Of a stretch of 64,000 nt of DNA, positions 1-11,175 are shown in pieces. Position numbers and translations under genes: made by a program. Source of the DNA: Opitutales bacterium (lineage in GTDB: Bacteria; Verrucomicrobiota; Verrucomicrobiia; Opitutales; UBA2987). The first letter of the stretch is position 1. The number at the start of each line of letters is the position of its first letter. The notes under the pieces are model-generated. The model worked only from the letters and a program-made list of their open reading frames with translations, was not told where the DNA came from and searched no databases. The DNA lies in assembly GCA_965226885.1 (NCBI GenBank), contig CBDDEL010000016.1:160001-224000 (forward strand), written 5' to 3'.

Positions 1-527
1 TCCTGGCAGGCATTGGAAGGCGCGCCCACCTCCACGAACAGATTCCCGTGATCGTCGAACGCAAAAACCTTGTCCCGGTGGCTGCGCTGATGGGCAAACC
101 CACTCACCACCACTTCGTAAAGTCCCTTCGGGAGCAGTTCCTCCTCATCCAACTGAAAACGAACGACCTGGGTTGAAGAGGAGACGTATAGGTGATCTCC
201 GTAAATGCGAAGCCCTTTGCAACGATCGTCCAGCTCTCCAAAATACTTGATTATGTCCGCCCGGCCATCCCCATTTGTGTCGCGCAAAGCGGCAATGTAA
301 TTACGGTCGATAGGTCTACTCAATGAGACGTAAATATCGCCGTTTTTGCGAACAGCAATCTGCCGCGCCCGACCAATCTCATCCACAACCACGACCGCCT
401 GAAAACCTTGAGGCAGTTGAATACCGTCATTATCCGAGTCAAAAGCCAAGCCATCATCACCGCCCTTAAGCAAAGTCAAACCAGCTAAAAGAAGCCCACA
501 GGCAAAAAAAATACCAATTTTATTCAT
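1..527 (-). CDS. PQQ-dependent sugar/sorbosone dehydrogenase-like beta-propeller protein, N-terminal part (runs off the window start)
   Basis: Manual translation from ATG 527: MNKIGIFFACGLLLAGL (signal peptide)...LPQGFQAVVV...LRDTNGDGRAD...VEVGAPSNACQ, open to position 1. Confidence 0.7.
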   Translation of the reverse strand, partial: MNKIGIFFACGLLLAGLTLLKGGDDGLAFDSDNDGIQLPQGFQAVVVVDEIGRARQIAVRKNGDIYVSLSRPIDRNYIAALRDTNGDGRADIIKYFGELDDRCKGLRIYGDHLYVSSSTQVVRFQLDEEELLPKGLYEVVVSGFAHQRSHRDKVFAFDDHGNLFVEVGAPSNACQ

Positions 528-762
528 CGTTCTCCAAATTCAGTTAAAAATCGATTCCGATGCACCATGCCCCACCAAACATCATTAAGCAATGGTTTCT
601 TGCCAAGGCCAAGGGAATAGGTGCCCGGCAAAAGCGTAGATATAAAGGCCGCGTTGAGGGGTTCCTATAGCCATATGTGAGTAGTTCTTGCCTTCGGCAA
701 CATCTCATTTCAATATGGCCAAACGTATTTCTTGCCCTGGTTGGGCCGAGACTTCATTTGCC

Positions 763-1686
763 ATGCGTTACAGGACATTAGGAAAAACAGGTTGGGAGGT
801 AAGCGCCGTATCCATGGGATGTTGGGGCATCAGTGGCCAGTGGGGAACGGTGGATGACCGGCAGGCGCTCGACACTATTGCCGCGGCCCTCGATTCCGGA
901 GTCAACCTCTTCGATACGGCGGACAACTATGGGTTGGGCCGGAGCGAGGAGTTGGTCGGCAAAGCTTTTCATGGAAAGAAACCGGATCATGTTTACATAG
1001 CGACCAAAGTCGGCAATTGGGCCCGGAAATTGGACGATCCGCCGGGCTTGCGTTCCAAATACAGCATCGTCAACTGCTGCCATGCCAGCCTTTACCGGCT
1101 GGGCCTTGATGCCATCGACTTGTATCAATGCCATGTCGGCACGCCGGAAAATCCGGAAATCTTCGTGGAAGCCTTCGAGTTGCTCAAAAAACAGGGCAAA
1201 ATACGTCAATACGCCATTTCCACAAATGACCTTGAGGCTCTCAAGGCGTTGAGTACCAACGGTCAATGCGCAAGCTGCCAGATCAACTACTCCATTCTCA
1301 ACCGCTCGGCAGAGAAAGACATCCTGCCCTATTGCCGGGAAAACAACATCGGAGTCCTTCTTCGCGGGCCGCTAGGAAAGGGCATCCTGAGCGGAAAATT
1401 CACGTCCAACACCTATTTTGAAGACACGGTGAGACAAAGCTGGAACGAGGGGCAAAGCAAAAGAGCGGAACTACTATCAGGTCTGGAAATAGTTGAAAAA
1501 GTAAAATCGCTCGTCACGGAAGAGCGCTCATTGGTCGATATCGCACTTCAATTCACCCTCGCCCACCCGGCCGTTACCTGTCCCATACCCGGCATGAAAA
1601 ACCCCGGCCAGGCCCGCCGGAACGCCGCCGCAGCCGACGGCGATCTCAGCGCCGAAGACCTGAATTTCCTCGATAAAATTTCCTGA
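763..1686 (+). CDS. Aldo/keto reductase
   Basis: MRYRTLGKTGWEVS, FDTADNYGLGRSEE, IDLYQCH and CPIPGMKNP motifs; ATG 763 preferred over TTG 688. Confidence 0.92.
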   Translation: MRYRTLGKTGWEVSAVSMGCWGISGQWGTVDDRQALDTIAAALDSGVNLFDTADNYGLGRSEELVGKAFHGKKPDHVYIATKVGNWARKLDDPPGLRSKYSIVNCCHASLYRLGLDAIDLYQCHVGTPENPEIFVEAFELLKKQGKIRQYAISTNDLEALKALSTNGQCASCQINYSILNRSAEKDILPYCRENNIGVLLRGPLGKGILSGKFTSNTYFEDTVRQSWNEGQSKRAELLSGLEIVEKVKSLVTEERSLVDIALQFTLAHPAVTCPIPGMKNPGQARRNAAAADGDLSAEDLNFLDKIS

Positions 1687-2427
1687 TCCTTCCTCTCATT
1701 CTGCAAAATTATCTTCGCTTTCTCCGGCGGGATGGCCATATTGCAAGAACGCGTAAGGGCGATTCGCTAATCGGCGCCGTCTTCAGCCCTGGCAGGCGCT
1801 CACGACCCAGTAATTACCAAACTTGTCTCAATTTCAATCACACGGCGCGCAAACTGGAAATTTGTAAAAACTGGCTCCGGCATTAAAGATAACAGTTTTA
1901 CGGGCGACTTTAAGAACGTTAAGGCAAAAACGTATTAACAAGGCCGTCGATTCCTTTGACAATCGGCAAAAACGGCAGCAAGGAAGCTGCCAATGATAAA
2001 ATCAAGGAAGAAAAATAATGTTATTAATGCACAAGATCAAATTAAGCAATTTTTTGTCCAAATATACAGGAAAAATGCGATTAACTGGTAAACTATCATT
2101 CATTGGAGTGACTGCTCTTGGTATCATCCTTGGAAGCTCGCCATTAGTGGCGACAAATACAACTTTCCAGACCGTTACCTTTTCAGTCAGTGCCATCAAT
2201 GAACTCTCGGTGAGTGGCAATCCAGGCACATTGACGATCTCAGCAGCTACTGCCGGATCTGCGCCGAATTCAGTGTCAGATGCAACAACCACCTATTCCA
2301 TCACTACCAACGAAAGCACAAGAAAGATAACCGCGGCAATTGATGTTGCCATGCCTTCCGGAACCACCTTGACGGCAAATCTTGTGCCGCCCGTCGGGCG
2401 GCACAAGCGCTGGCGCGCTTTCTTTAA

Positions 2428-3994
2428 CCCGGATATTTCATGAAGGGTAAAGTTTGGCTCGTTATTGCTATTGGAGATGGATTTCTTTGTATTTTGAGCA
2501 GATCGTCTTGATTTTTAGGTGTTTTTCAGGGTGTAGAGACACTGCCCCCTTTCCCCCATTGGTTCGGTAGTGCCGGGGGCAGCACCAATGCACCCTTTAG
2601 GTTGGCACCAATCGGCGGGCCGCATGGTTGAAAAGACTGGCCCAAGGATAACTCTCACTTAGGTGAAAGTGAATCGTTCGGGTGTTGCGCACGATGACCG
2701 CTCCGATCTTGATTAATTTGAGCCGCAGGGTGTGGCATTGGGCCCGCGCCCACTTCGTCCCTTTTAAGGCTAACCGGCGCATGGCTTCCATCAAGGTGTA
2801 GGCCAGCGCCGACAAGAGCAATCGCCACTGATTGGGCCACCATTGATGGGCGCTGGTGCGCTCGCTGAACAATTGCATCTGTTCCTTGATGCGGTTCTCC
2901 ATTTCACCGCGGCCACAGTATACCTTGTCGTAAAGCTCCTGGGGATCGCCCGGCAGGTTCGTCACCACGAAGCGCGGGTTGGACCCCTGTGCGGTGTGTT
3001 CGGCTTTATGGATGACCAACCGCAGCCATCGCCACGAATCGGCAGCATAGACGAAGTCCTGGAATAACCGTTGTTTTTTACCCCTTAGTTCGAACCATTC
3101 TTTGGCCTGCTTTTGCAACTGCTGGGCGTCTTGCTGCAAGCGTGCATTGCGAGCCATCCCCACGATGTAACTAACTTCGTTGCGGTCGCACCAAGAGAGT
3201 ATCCGGTCTCGACAAAATCCACTGTCGGCGCGCCAAATAATCCGCGTACGGGGCCAGCTTTGGCGAATCCGTTTAACCAGCAATTTGAGGATGGCCCCGG
3301 CATGCTTGCTGGCATCGATCTTGCTCGGCCGCAGGTAGGCCACCAGCAGCTGATCACCGCAAAAAACATATAGCGGCAGAAAACAGTAATGATCATAATA
3401 ACCGTGGAAAAAACGTCCCTCCTGGAGCCCGTGCACCGGATTGTCGGTGGCGTCAAAGTCCAGGATGATCTCTTCGGGTTCCTCGGCAAAGGAGCCCATG
3501 AACTGTTCGACCAACAGCTCGTTTACCGCAAAGGCCGCCCGCCGATCCTGCCCGTTTTCAAAACGACACAAAGTCGGCGCGCTGGCCAACGTTTCAATGC
3601 GCCCCGTTACCGTTTGCAACAATGGATCGTGGCGCAGGGTATCAAAGTCGTTCAAATCCTCATAGCCCGCCACCAGCCCGTAAACGCGCTGCCGCAGCAT
3701 CCCCAATACCTCATGGCGTACTTTGCCCTTCTGCCGTTTGTCCACTAACTGTCGGGCCGCTCGTTCGGTCAAGCCCAACTGCCGATCCACTTCCCGGATC
3801 AAAAGCAGTCCGGCATCCGAAGTAACCTCTCCGCCCTTGAAATCAACCCGCACACGGCGGCCTTTTACCCTTGTCAACTGTAGCTTTAATTGTTTACCTT
3901 TTGTCATCGCTGATATTGCTTTAATTATTGATCTATCCTGCTGTATATCAGCAGTTAAGCATATCAACGATACTTTTTTTACGAAATATCCGGG
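2428..3994 (-). mobile_element. IS1380-family element, copy 1
   Basis: Terminal IRs CCCGGATATTTC...GAAATATCCGGG; TTAA duplicated at 2424-2427 and 3995-3998. Confidence 0.95.
2597..3967 (-). CDS. IS1380-family transposase
   Basis: FKGGEVTSDAGLLL, ILDFDATD, RADSGF and YCGRGEMENRIKE motifs; the true start may be MTKGKQ (3907). Confidence 0.93.
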   Translation of the reverse strand: MICLTADIQQDRSIIKAISAMTKGKQLKLQLTRVKGRRVRVDFKGGEVTSDAGLLLIREVDRQLGLTERAARQLVDKRQKGKVRHEVLGMLRQRVYGLVAGYEDLNDFDTLRHDPLLQTVTGRIETLASAPTLCRFENGQDRRAAFAVNELLVEQFMGSFAEEPEEIILDFDATDNPVHGLQEGRFFHGYYDHYCFLPLYVFCGDQLLVAYLRPSKIDASKHAGAILKLLVKRIRQSWPRTRIIWRADSGFCRDRILSWCDRNEVSYIVGMARNARLQQDAQQLQKQAKEWFELRGKKQRLFQDFVYAADSWRWLRLVIHKAEHTAQGSNPRFVVTNLPGDPQELYDKVYCGRGEMENRIKEQMQLFSERTSAHQWWPNQWRLLLSALAYTLMEAMRRLALKGTKWARAQCHTLRLKLIKIGAVIVRNTRTIHFHLSESYPWASLFNHAARRLVPT

Positions 3995-4065
3995 TTAAGC
4001 ACGACCGCCGTTGATGTTGTTACAGGAATCACAAAGCTGAATGAAAGTGGAAAATCAATTACTGA

Positions 4066-5196
4066 TACCAAATCGCAAAAGGATTGATAAAGATTAAAAA
4101 ACAGCTATAAAGGCGGAATGAGAAGATATATGGGAACCGATGAAGACCGTGAACGTATCAAGAAATTGCTCAACAAAGAGGCTGTCGGCTGGCGTAAAGA
4201 GCGTTTGGTGGCATTAAAAATGGGCTTCCAGCCGCACCACAGCATTGATGAAATTGGAGCCATCGTGGGCCGAGGCAAAGCGACGATCCAGCGTTGGTTT
4301 GACAAATATCGTGCTGCAGGGCTCGGGGCGGTGCTTACACGCGCCTACAAAGGCGGGATCAAAAGCCGTTGCGACAAAGAGGTGGAGGCCTTCTTGCTCA
4401 ATGGTTTGAAGGTCGCGCGCTGGAACACAGCCGTTCAGGCGGGGCAAGAGCTGGAGCGACATTTCGGGCGCTCCTTCGCCTACAAGACGGTGTGGCGATG
4501 GCTAAAAAAATGCGCCGGGGTGCTTCGAGTCCCTCGCCCCGTGCATGAGAAACGGGACTCGGCAAAAGCGGAAGCGTTCAAGCGAGACTTTTTTAAGATC
4601 CTCCAGGAGCTTTCCCTCACCCGAGGCAATCGGGTTCGGGTGTGGTTTGCCGATGAAAGCCGTTTTGGTTTGCTTCCGGTGTACCGCCGGTGCTGGACGC
4701 AAAGAGGGCTTCGGCCGCACAAAAAATATCAGACAAGATACCAGTGGAGCTACTGTTACGGAGCCCTCGACGTGGTCAACGGCGAGATGGTATGCATCCA
4801 AACCCCTAGCACGAATCTACAGTGGACGGAGGCTTTCCTCCAACAGATCAAAAAGCAATATCCTGAGGAGGAACATGTGGTTGTATGGGACGGGGCAGGC
4901 TTCCATCCGCACGACTCGGAGCACCCCAACGTCCCCCCGGGCATACATATCGTGAATTTGCCGCCGTATAGTCCTGAACTCAACCCGATTGAAAGACTTT
5001 GGGATATGATACAGGATCAAACGGCCAACAAACTGTGGCCGAGCATTGAGCGACTCGAAGAAGTCGTCGCAACCCATCTCAAAGACTGGTGGGAGGACAC
5101 TGAAAAAGTCCTCTCTTTAGTTGGCGGAGGCTGGCAGCACATTCAAGCAAACGCTTCTGCCAAATAACTTATTATCATACCTAATGAGATTTGGTA
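4066..5196 (+). mobile_element. IS630-family element, copy 1
   Basis: IRs TACCAAATC...GATTTGGTA; near-identical to 50067-51197; inserted at a TA-type site in the pilin-like gene. Confidence 0.92.
4118..5167 (+). CDS. IS630-family transposase
   Basis: WFADESRFG, VVWDGAGFH and LPPYSPELNPIERLW DDE motifs. Confidence 0.95.
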   Translation: MRRYMGTDEDRERIKKLLNKEAVGWRKERLVALKMGFQPHHSIDEIGAIVGRGKATIQRWFDKYRAAGLGAVLTRAYKGGIKSRCDKEVEAFLLNGLKVARWNTAVQAGQELERHFGRSFAYKTVWRWLKKCAGVLRVPRPVHEKRDSAKAEAFKRDFFKILQELSLTRGNRVRVWFADESRFGLLPVYRRCWTQRGLRPHKKYQTRYQWSYCYGALDVVNGEMVCIQTPSTNLQWTEAFLQQIKKQYPEEEHVVVWDGAGFHPHDSEHPNVPPGIHIVNLPPYSPELNPIERLWDMIQDQTANKLWPSIERLEEVVATHLKDWWEDTEKVLSLVGGGWQHIQANASAK

Positions 5197-5295
5197 TTAT
5201 TCCCTTTCAGCCACTTCCGCAGCAGGAACTATATCCTCTACAAATAGAACAGTAACACTGACTGTTATTGCTGGAAGCTAATCGATTTGAACATG

Positions 5296-5330
5296 GGGGT
5301 GGCGGATTCTGTCTGCCACCCCTTATTATT
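5296..5330 (+). terminator. Stem-loop after the major-subunit-like gene (terminator or mRNA-stabilising hairpin)
   Basis: GGGGTGGCGGA-TTCTG-TCTGCCACCCC followed by TTATTATT. Confidence 0.6.
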
Positions 5331-5472
5331 TAATCGATATCATGAAGAAGCTAACCTTCATTACCATCTTGATTCTTGCTCTTGCGTGCGAACACCACTG
5401 TAAACGCCGGGGAAAAACCGGTACGGTAAAGAGGGCGCTTTAAAACCGGTACGCTTATCCTAGAAAGGAGGA

Positions 5473-6980
5473 GTGTATCGAGATATGAAGCAATGGACAA
5501 GAGTGCGGCACAAAGTGCTGCGGGACAAGCAGAGCAAGCGCTCTGTAATGCGAGAAGAGGGACTGCACTGGGAGACCCTGGGAAAGATGCTGGCCTATTC
5601 CCAGCCGCCGGGATACCGGCGCAAGAAGAGGCGAGAGCGCAAGATCGATCCGTATGTGGGCTGGATCGAGGAGGTGCTCAAAGCGGACCGGAACGTGCCC
5701 AAGAAGCAGCGCCATACGGCCAAACGGATCTACCAGCGTTTGGGTCGGGAGAAGGGCTACCAAGGGGGCTACACGGCGGTCAAGGAGGTGGTGGCCGAGC
5801 TGCGCGAGCGAGGCGGCGGGAAGTGTTCGTGCCGCTGGAGCACCGCCCCGGGGAGGGACAGGTGGACTTCGGTCATGCCCTGGTGAAGGAGGCGGGGCAA
5901 TTGCGTAGGCGGCCATTTTTTGCCATGAGCCTGCCCTACAGCGATGCCTTTTTCGTGCAGGTGTTCGAACGGGAGTGCACGGAGAGCTTCTGGGAGGGGC
6001 ACCTGCGAGCTTTTGAGTTTTTCGGGGCGGTGCCCCGGCGCATCAGCTATGACAACTCGAAGGTGGCGGTGGGTAAGATTATCGGTTCGCGTGAACGCAA
6101 GCTGACCGACGGGTTTCTGCAGCTACAGAGCCATTACCTGTTCGAGGAACACTTCTGTCTGCCCGCCCGGCCCAACGAGAAGGGCGTGGTCGAGGGGATC
6201 GTGCGTTATGCCCGGGCCAACTTCCTGGTACCGGTACCGCAGGTTCGGGACCTGGAGGAACTCAACGCAAAGCTGTTGGAGGCATGTGAGCGGGACATGG
6301 AGCGTAAATTACGCGGGAAAAGGGCGGTGAAAAAGGAACTGCTGGCCGAGGAGCGCGCCGTCATGCTGGCGTTGCCGCCCATACCCTTTGAAGCGAGCCG
6401 CAAACGCTCGACCTGCGTCAGCAGCCTCTCGCTGGTGCGCTTCGAGTGCAACGACTATTCGGTGCCGGTGCGCTGCGCCCACCATCCGGTGGTGGTGGAA
6501 GGGTCCTGTCGGCAGGTGGTGATCTTCTGTGGGGGCCAAGAGGTGGCCCGGCACCGCCGCATTTGGGATAAAGAGCAAGTCTCTTTCGAGCCGGTGCACT
6601 ACCTGGCTTTGCTGGAGAAAAAACCGGGCGCTTTGGACTTCGCCCGCCCACTCTCGGGCTGGCAGTTGCCGCAGTGCCTGCAGGTCCTCAGACGCCGGCT
6701 CGAAAGCCAATGCGGGGGCGAAGGCACCCGGGAGTATATCCGGGTGCTGCGGCTGTTGGAGAAACACCCCATGGCGGCCTTGCAGCAGGCCGTCGTCTCG
6801 GCCCTGCGGGTGGGGGGACTGACTCGTGAGGCCATCGCCCAGTATCTCTATCCTCAGGAAGACTACGGGAGCAGAACCTTCCGGCTGGACGGCCATCCAC
6901 ACCTGCGTCACGTCCGTGTGGCCGCCCCTGACCTCGGTGCCTACAGCGAACTGCTCAAGATTCCAGGAGGGGCTTTATGA
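5473..6980 (+). pseudogene. istA: IS21 transposase IstA, frameshifted near 5811
   Basis: N-terminus (KQRHTAKRIY) is in ORF 5473-5886; the core (GQVDFG, YDN, NEKGVVE) is in the 5493-6980 frame. Confidence 0.85.
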
Positions 6981-7744
6981 AGGAAGAAAAAAACCAGCTG
7001 CTGTTACACCATCACCTCAAGAAACTGAAGTTGCCCACCATCCTGCGCGAATGGCCGGCGGTGGCCGCGGCTTGTTCCCGGGACCGGCTCGATTACGCCG
7101 CCTTTTTGTTGCATCTGGTCGAACGGGAGCTCATTGAACGCGAACAGCGGGCCGCCCAGCGGCGGATCAAAAACGGCCGTTTCCCCGTGCTCAAGACCCT
7201 CGAGAGCTTCGCCTTTGAAGCGCAGCCCTCGATCAACGAAGCGCTCATCCGAGAGCTCATGCGCGGGGAGTATGTCGACCAGCGCGAAAACGTGCTGCTC
7301 CTCGGTAACGCCGGTACCGGTAAAACGCACCTGGCCACCGCCCTGGGCTTTGCCGCCTGTGCCCAGGGCCGGCGGATCCGTTTCTTCGGGGTCACCGCCC
7401 TGGTTACCCATATGCTCGAGCAACGCGACAACCACGACCTGCAGCGCTTCATGAAGCAACTCGAAAGGCTCGACCTACTCATCCTCGACGAACTCGGTTA
7501 CGTCCCTTTTTCCAAGACCGGTTCCGAACTGCTCTTCGACGTGGTCAGCCGCGCTTACGAGCGCACCAGTCTCATCGTCACCACCAACCTGCCCTTTGAG
7601 AACTGGATCGAAGTGCTCGGTTCCGAACGGCTCACCGGAGCTCTGCTGGACCGACTCACCCATCGGGTGCATATCCTCGAAGCCAACGGGCAAAGCTACC
7701 GCTTGCGCGATGCTCGACGCCGTCGCCGTGGCACAAAACAATAA
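6977..7744 (+). CDS. istB: IS21 helper ATPase IstB
   Basis: Walker A GNAGTGKTH, LLILDELGY, ALLDRLTH. Confidence 0.95.
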   Translation: MKEEKNQLLLHHHLKKLKLPTILREWPAVAAACSRDRLDYAAFLLHLVERELIEREQRAAQRRIKNGRFPVLKTLESFAFEAQPSINEALIRELMRGEYVDQRENVLLLGNAGTGKTHLATALGFAACAQGRRIRFFGVTALVTHMLEQRDNHDLQRFMKQLERLDLLILDELGYVPFSKTGSELLFDVVSRAYERTSLIVTTNLPFENWIEVLGSERLTGALLDRLTHRVHILEANGQSYRLRDARRRRRGTKQ

Positions 7745-8105
7745 ACGCCTTGGGCCCGGCTCGTCGGCCTCCGGCCTCCTCACCGACCCCAAGCCAATCC
7801 CCAAAACCAACTCCCAAACCCTAAACCTTGACGTACCTGCAATTACTAACCTAGACCTTATTCCAAGCGTACCGGTTTTACCCCGACCCCCGTACCGGTT
7901 TCATCCCGGCGTTTACACACCACGCAGCAGACATATCCTCGATTGGTGATTGGACTGAAAACATTGACTCCCTTGATTTAATTGCTGGTGCCGGAAGCGA
8001 TCTTATAAACCTGCACGAAAGTGAAATGGACGGGGAAAACTGGACAGTGGAATAAGGTGGTCTTGAACCACTAAGGTGGTCTTGAACCACTAAATCCGCT
8101 AACCT

Positions 8106-8411
8106 ATGAATGTTATTAAATCACGAAAGAGAAGACAATACAGTGCTGAGTTTAAAGCCCGAGTGGCCCTGGAAGCCATCAGGGGCGCTCATACCATCAA
8201 CGAGATCGCCGGTCGTTTTGAGGTGCATCCCAACCAGGTGACCCAATGGAAGAAGCAGCTTTTGCAGGGAGCAACGGAGCTGTTTTCGCGCCAGCGGCAG
8301 ACTCTCAGCAAGGACAACGAGACGGAAAAAGATCACCTTTACCAGGAGATTGGAAAGCTGAAAGTAGAATGCGATTGGCTAAAAAAAAAGTCTGAACAAT
8401 TCGGTTGGTGA
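8106..8411 (+). CDS. IS3 transposase OrfA (HTH)
   Basis: YSAEFKARVALEA...VHPNQVTQWKKQ...WLKKK. Confidence 0.9.
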   Translation: MNVIKSRKRRQYSAEFKARVALEAIRGAHTINEIAGRFEVHPNQVTQWKKQLLQGATELFSRQRQTLSKDNETEKDHLYQEIGKLKVECDWLKKKSEQFGW

Positions 8412-8421
8412 GAGGCGCAAG

Positions 8422-9285
8422 ATGGTGCAACCACTTCAAGGAAAAATCAGTATCGGCAGGCAATGTCAGTTGCTGGGGCTGGCCCGCGGCAGCTATTACT
8501 ATCGGGCCCGTGCCCAGTGCGAGCAGAACGTTCTCTACATGCATCGCATGGATGAGCTCTACACCCAATATCCGTTTTTTGGTTCTCGCCGGATGACCCA
8601 GTGGCTGCGTCGAGAGGGCCATGCAGTGGGACGAGGCCGCATCCAGCGGCTCATGCGCCAAATGGGCCTGGAGGCTATTTATCCGCGTCGAAACTTGAGC
8701 CAGGGGCACCGGCAGCACCGCATTTTCCCTTATCTGCTGCGGGGTTTGGCGGTCGAGCGGCCCGACCAGGTATGGTGCAGCGACATCACTTACCTGCGGC
8801 TGAGCCGAGGATTCCTTTTCTTGACCGTGGTGTTGGACTGGTTCAGCCGCTACGTGTTGAGCTGGCAGCTTTCCAACACCCTGGAGAGCCGCTTCTGTGT
8901 GCTCGCCCTGGAGGAAGCTCTGAGGCGGGCCCAACCTCAAATCTTCAACACCGATCAAGGCAGCCAGTTTACCGGCAGCGAGTTCACCTCGGTGCTGGGG
9001 CAAGCCGGGGTGCGCATCAGCATGGACGGGCGTGGCCGCTACCTGGACAACATATTTGTTGAACGCTTTTGGAGAACCCTCAAGTATGAAGACATTTACC
9101 TGCGCGAATACGCCACGGCAAAGGAAGCCAGCGAAGGGATAGCCCGCTACCTGGACTTCTACAACCACCTGCGCCCCCACCAAGCCCTGGGCTACCGGAC
9201 CCCGGCCGAAGTCCATGCAATCGGAGCAAAACCAACCTCCCCGCCAATACAGCTTGCGGGCACCTGCGTGCCCGTCTTTGGCTAA
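8422..9285 (+). CDS. IS3 transposase OrfB (integrase core), probably expressed by -1 frameshift
   Basis: WCSDITY, FNTDQGSQF, DNIFVERFWRTLKYE. Confidence 0.92.
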   Translation: MVQPLQGKISIGRQCQLLGLARGSYYYRARAQCEQNVLYMHRMDELYTQYPFFGSRRMTQWLRREGHAVGRGRIQRLMRQMGLEAIYPRRNLSQGHRQHRIFPYLLRGLAVERPDQVWCSDITYLRLSRGFLFLTVVLDWFSRYVLSWQLSNTLESRFCVLALEEALRRAQPQIFNTDQGSQFTGSEFTSVLGQAGVRISMDGRGRYLDNIFVERFWRTLKYEDIYLREYATAKEASEGIARYLDFYNHLRPHQALGYRTPAEVHAIGAKPTSPPIQLAGTCVPVFG

Positions 9286-9968
9286 GGACAAAATATATTT
9301 TTAAAAAATAATATGAACACGATTTCCACCTTAATCCCACGTCAAAATTGTCCAAACAACCCCGTCCACTTCAAAGTTCAACAAATGTAACAGTCTTAAC
9401 AATAACAAACGTGCCGGCACGCGGCGCGTGGCAATTAAATGCAAAAAGATCTGACAGCCTTTGGGATGGGGATTATTCTATTTTTATAAAGAGAACCTCT
9501 GACGAAACTGGTCCCGGAACTATTTCAGGAGGCAGTGCTTACGTTGAATTATCTACATTTGATACACAAATCTTTACAGGGACAGATAACCGTAGCGACA
9601 TTTCAATTCAATACAAATTGACCGGCATGTCAAAAAACATATCTCCAGACACTTATATAACTTCTGTAATCGTTACAGTGATCGAGTAGAAAATCGAAAT
9701 GAAAACCTTTCTTTGTTACCTATTTCCAATTCTCTTTTTCAATAGCTCTCTTATGGCTGGGATTGTAGTTGCGGGCAGTCTCGTACGAACAAAGGGCGTT
9801 AACCCGGGAGAATCTTATCAAGGTATTATTTCTTTACAGAATACCGACGAAACCACAGCTGAAGTAAGAATTTACATGACAGAATACTTGTTTTACTCAG
9901 ATGGAAGCAATCTTTTTGGTGAGTCGGGAAGTCATGATCGATCCAATACAGGTAGTGTTAACATTTTG

Positions 9969-10770
9969 GGTAGTGTATTAAGTAGGAATGGTGGCTAATT
10001 CTTGATTATATTGATGAATGAAAAGTCTCAGACAGGTTTCATGCATACTCTTAAGCTTGGAAAAGGAGAGGGTTTTGCGTGTGAAACGACCCAGTCGTTG
10101 GCGCAGGGTATTGTTCCATCGTTCCACATGGGCCGTTTCACCGGTTTCTTTTCCCACGGATCGGTTATGAGGAAAGACTTCATCATAAGTGCTCCAAAAG
10201 TCGCTGTAGGTGGCACTTCTTTTGTAGGCCCGTGGCAGACGCTCGTAAAGTTCCCGGCAACGATACCAATCCTGAGGCCCAATGGCATAGGAGAGGATTT
10301 GACGGGTGCGTCGGCAAAGAGCGATCCAAACCCATTGGGCATCGCTCTTGCGCCCCACAAAAGACCACAGTTCGTCCAGTTCAATGACATCATGGCGGCG
10401 GGCCGCAAGAATCGTGCTTTTGAGCGGTCGCAGCGATTGTCGTTTTTTTTAACCAACTCAAAGCGGTGTTGGGACTCACCCCGAAGGCGCGCTGTAAACC
10501 GCGTAGACTGCTGCGTTCCTGATAGACTCGAAGGATCATTTCTTTTTGCTCTTCGGTGTATTTCACTGTGGGGTTTTCGCGGCTTTGTTTACCACAATCA
10601 TGGCAGCGGTAGCGCTGTTTATGGTTGGGCGTCTTGCCAAATTTAATGATATTTTCACTTCCACAGTGCCGACAATTAATAATTTTAGTAACCATGCACT
10701 AAGAATAAACTGCCTAACGCTATTTGTACAGCTAAAAATACAAAATAACATTCTTTTTTTATACACTACC
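9969..10770 (-). mobile_element. IS1-family element type B, copy 1 (insA 10390-10695, insB 9978-10358, A8 frameshift site)
   Basis: GGTAGTGTAT IRs, ACATTTTG 8-bp target duplication, InsA zinc ribbon CRHC...CHDC, InsB ELDELWSF/VERWNNTLRQR. Confidence 0.95.
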
Positions 10771-10824
10771 ACATTTTGAATGTTTAAGCTGTACTTTTTA
10801 GCGTGATTATGTTGTGAACTGGGA

Positions 10825-11128
10825 ATGGTCCATATCACAGTAAAATGTCCTCAATGCGGAAGCGATCACATCATCAAGCACGGCAAGGATCCGAAAGGGG
10901 TTCAGAAGTATCGATGCAAGGGGTGTGGTATCGATGCAAGGGGTGTGGTATCGATGCAAGGGGTGTGGTTATCAGTTTCGGCTTCACCCCAAAAGTCGTG
11001 AGCATCCTCCGGCGCTGGTCAAGCAGGTGCTCCGTGCGCACCAAAACCGGATGAGCCTGCGTGCCATTTACCGTACCTTCGGGGTAGCCCCAAAGACGGT
11101 CATCGAATGGATTAAAAAAAAGTCCTGA
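10825..11128 (+). pseudogene. insA: InsA of IS1 type A, frameshifted by a 20-bp triplication
   Basis: MVHITVKCPQCGSDHIIKHG...YRCKGCG...MSLRAIYRTFGVAPKTVIEWIKKK; TATCGATGCAAGGGGTGTGG x3 at 10909-10968. Confidence 0.85.
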
Positions 11129-11175
11129 GTTTGCCGAAGCTGGAGTCCACTCTGCTTGCCCGCCAGTGTAGTGAT

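Larger units (their letters stand above)
2075..5281 (+). pseudogene. Secreted pilus/fimbrial-subunit-like protein (~166 aa reconstructed), split by IS1380 and IS630 with a +1 frameshift near 2391
   Basis: Segments 2075-2427, 3999-4063 and 5198-5281 join into signal peptide + TVTFSVSAINELSVSGNP...LSTTAVDVVTGITKLN...YSLSATSAAGTISSTNRTVTLTVIAGS*. Confidence 0.75.
5399..7917 (+). mobile_element. IS21-family element
   Basis: TGTAAACGCCGGG...CCCGGCGTTTACA ends, internal repeated AAACCGGTACG motifs at both ends, CACCAC target duplication. Confidence 0.95.
8022..9373 (+). mobile_element. IS3-family element type A, copy 1
   Basis: TGAAATGGACGGGG...CCCCGTCCACTTCA ends, AAG target duplication, A9G slippery site at 8381-8390. 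Confidence 0.95.
5342..9689 (+). pseudogene. Second secreted pilus-subunit-like protein (155 aa reconstructed), split by IS21 and IS3
   Basis: Segments 5342-5398, 7924-8021 and 9377-9689 join in frame (468 nt): MKKLTFITILILALACEHHAADISSIGDW...SPDTYITSVIVTVIE*. Confidence 0.75.

Noticed and set aside
1920..2000. Hairpins upstream of the pilus-like operon as a c-di-GMP riboswitch
   Set aside because: Only partial resemblance (GGCAAA..., GGCAGC/GCTGCC stem); the GNRA-capped P2 and the receptor are not identifiable. An Rfam covariance search would be needed.
8305..9291. 328-aa antisense ORF in IS3-A (also 14563-15549) and other long shadow ORFs such as 51450-52529, 31833-32708 and 28375-29181
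   Set aside because: They lie antisense to well-supported genes in GC-rich DNA and have no recognisable motifs.
10909..10968. 20-bp direct repeats as a possible mini-CRISPR
   Set aside because: The repeats are contiguous with no spacers, lie inside the IS1 insA coding sequence, and there are no cas genes; this is a tandem triplication.
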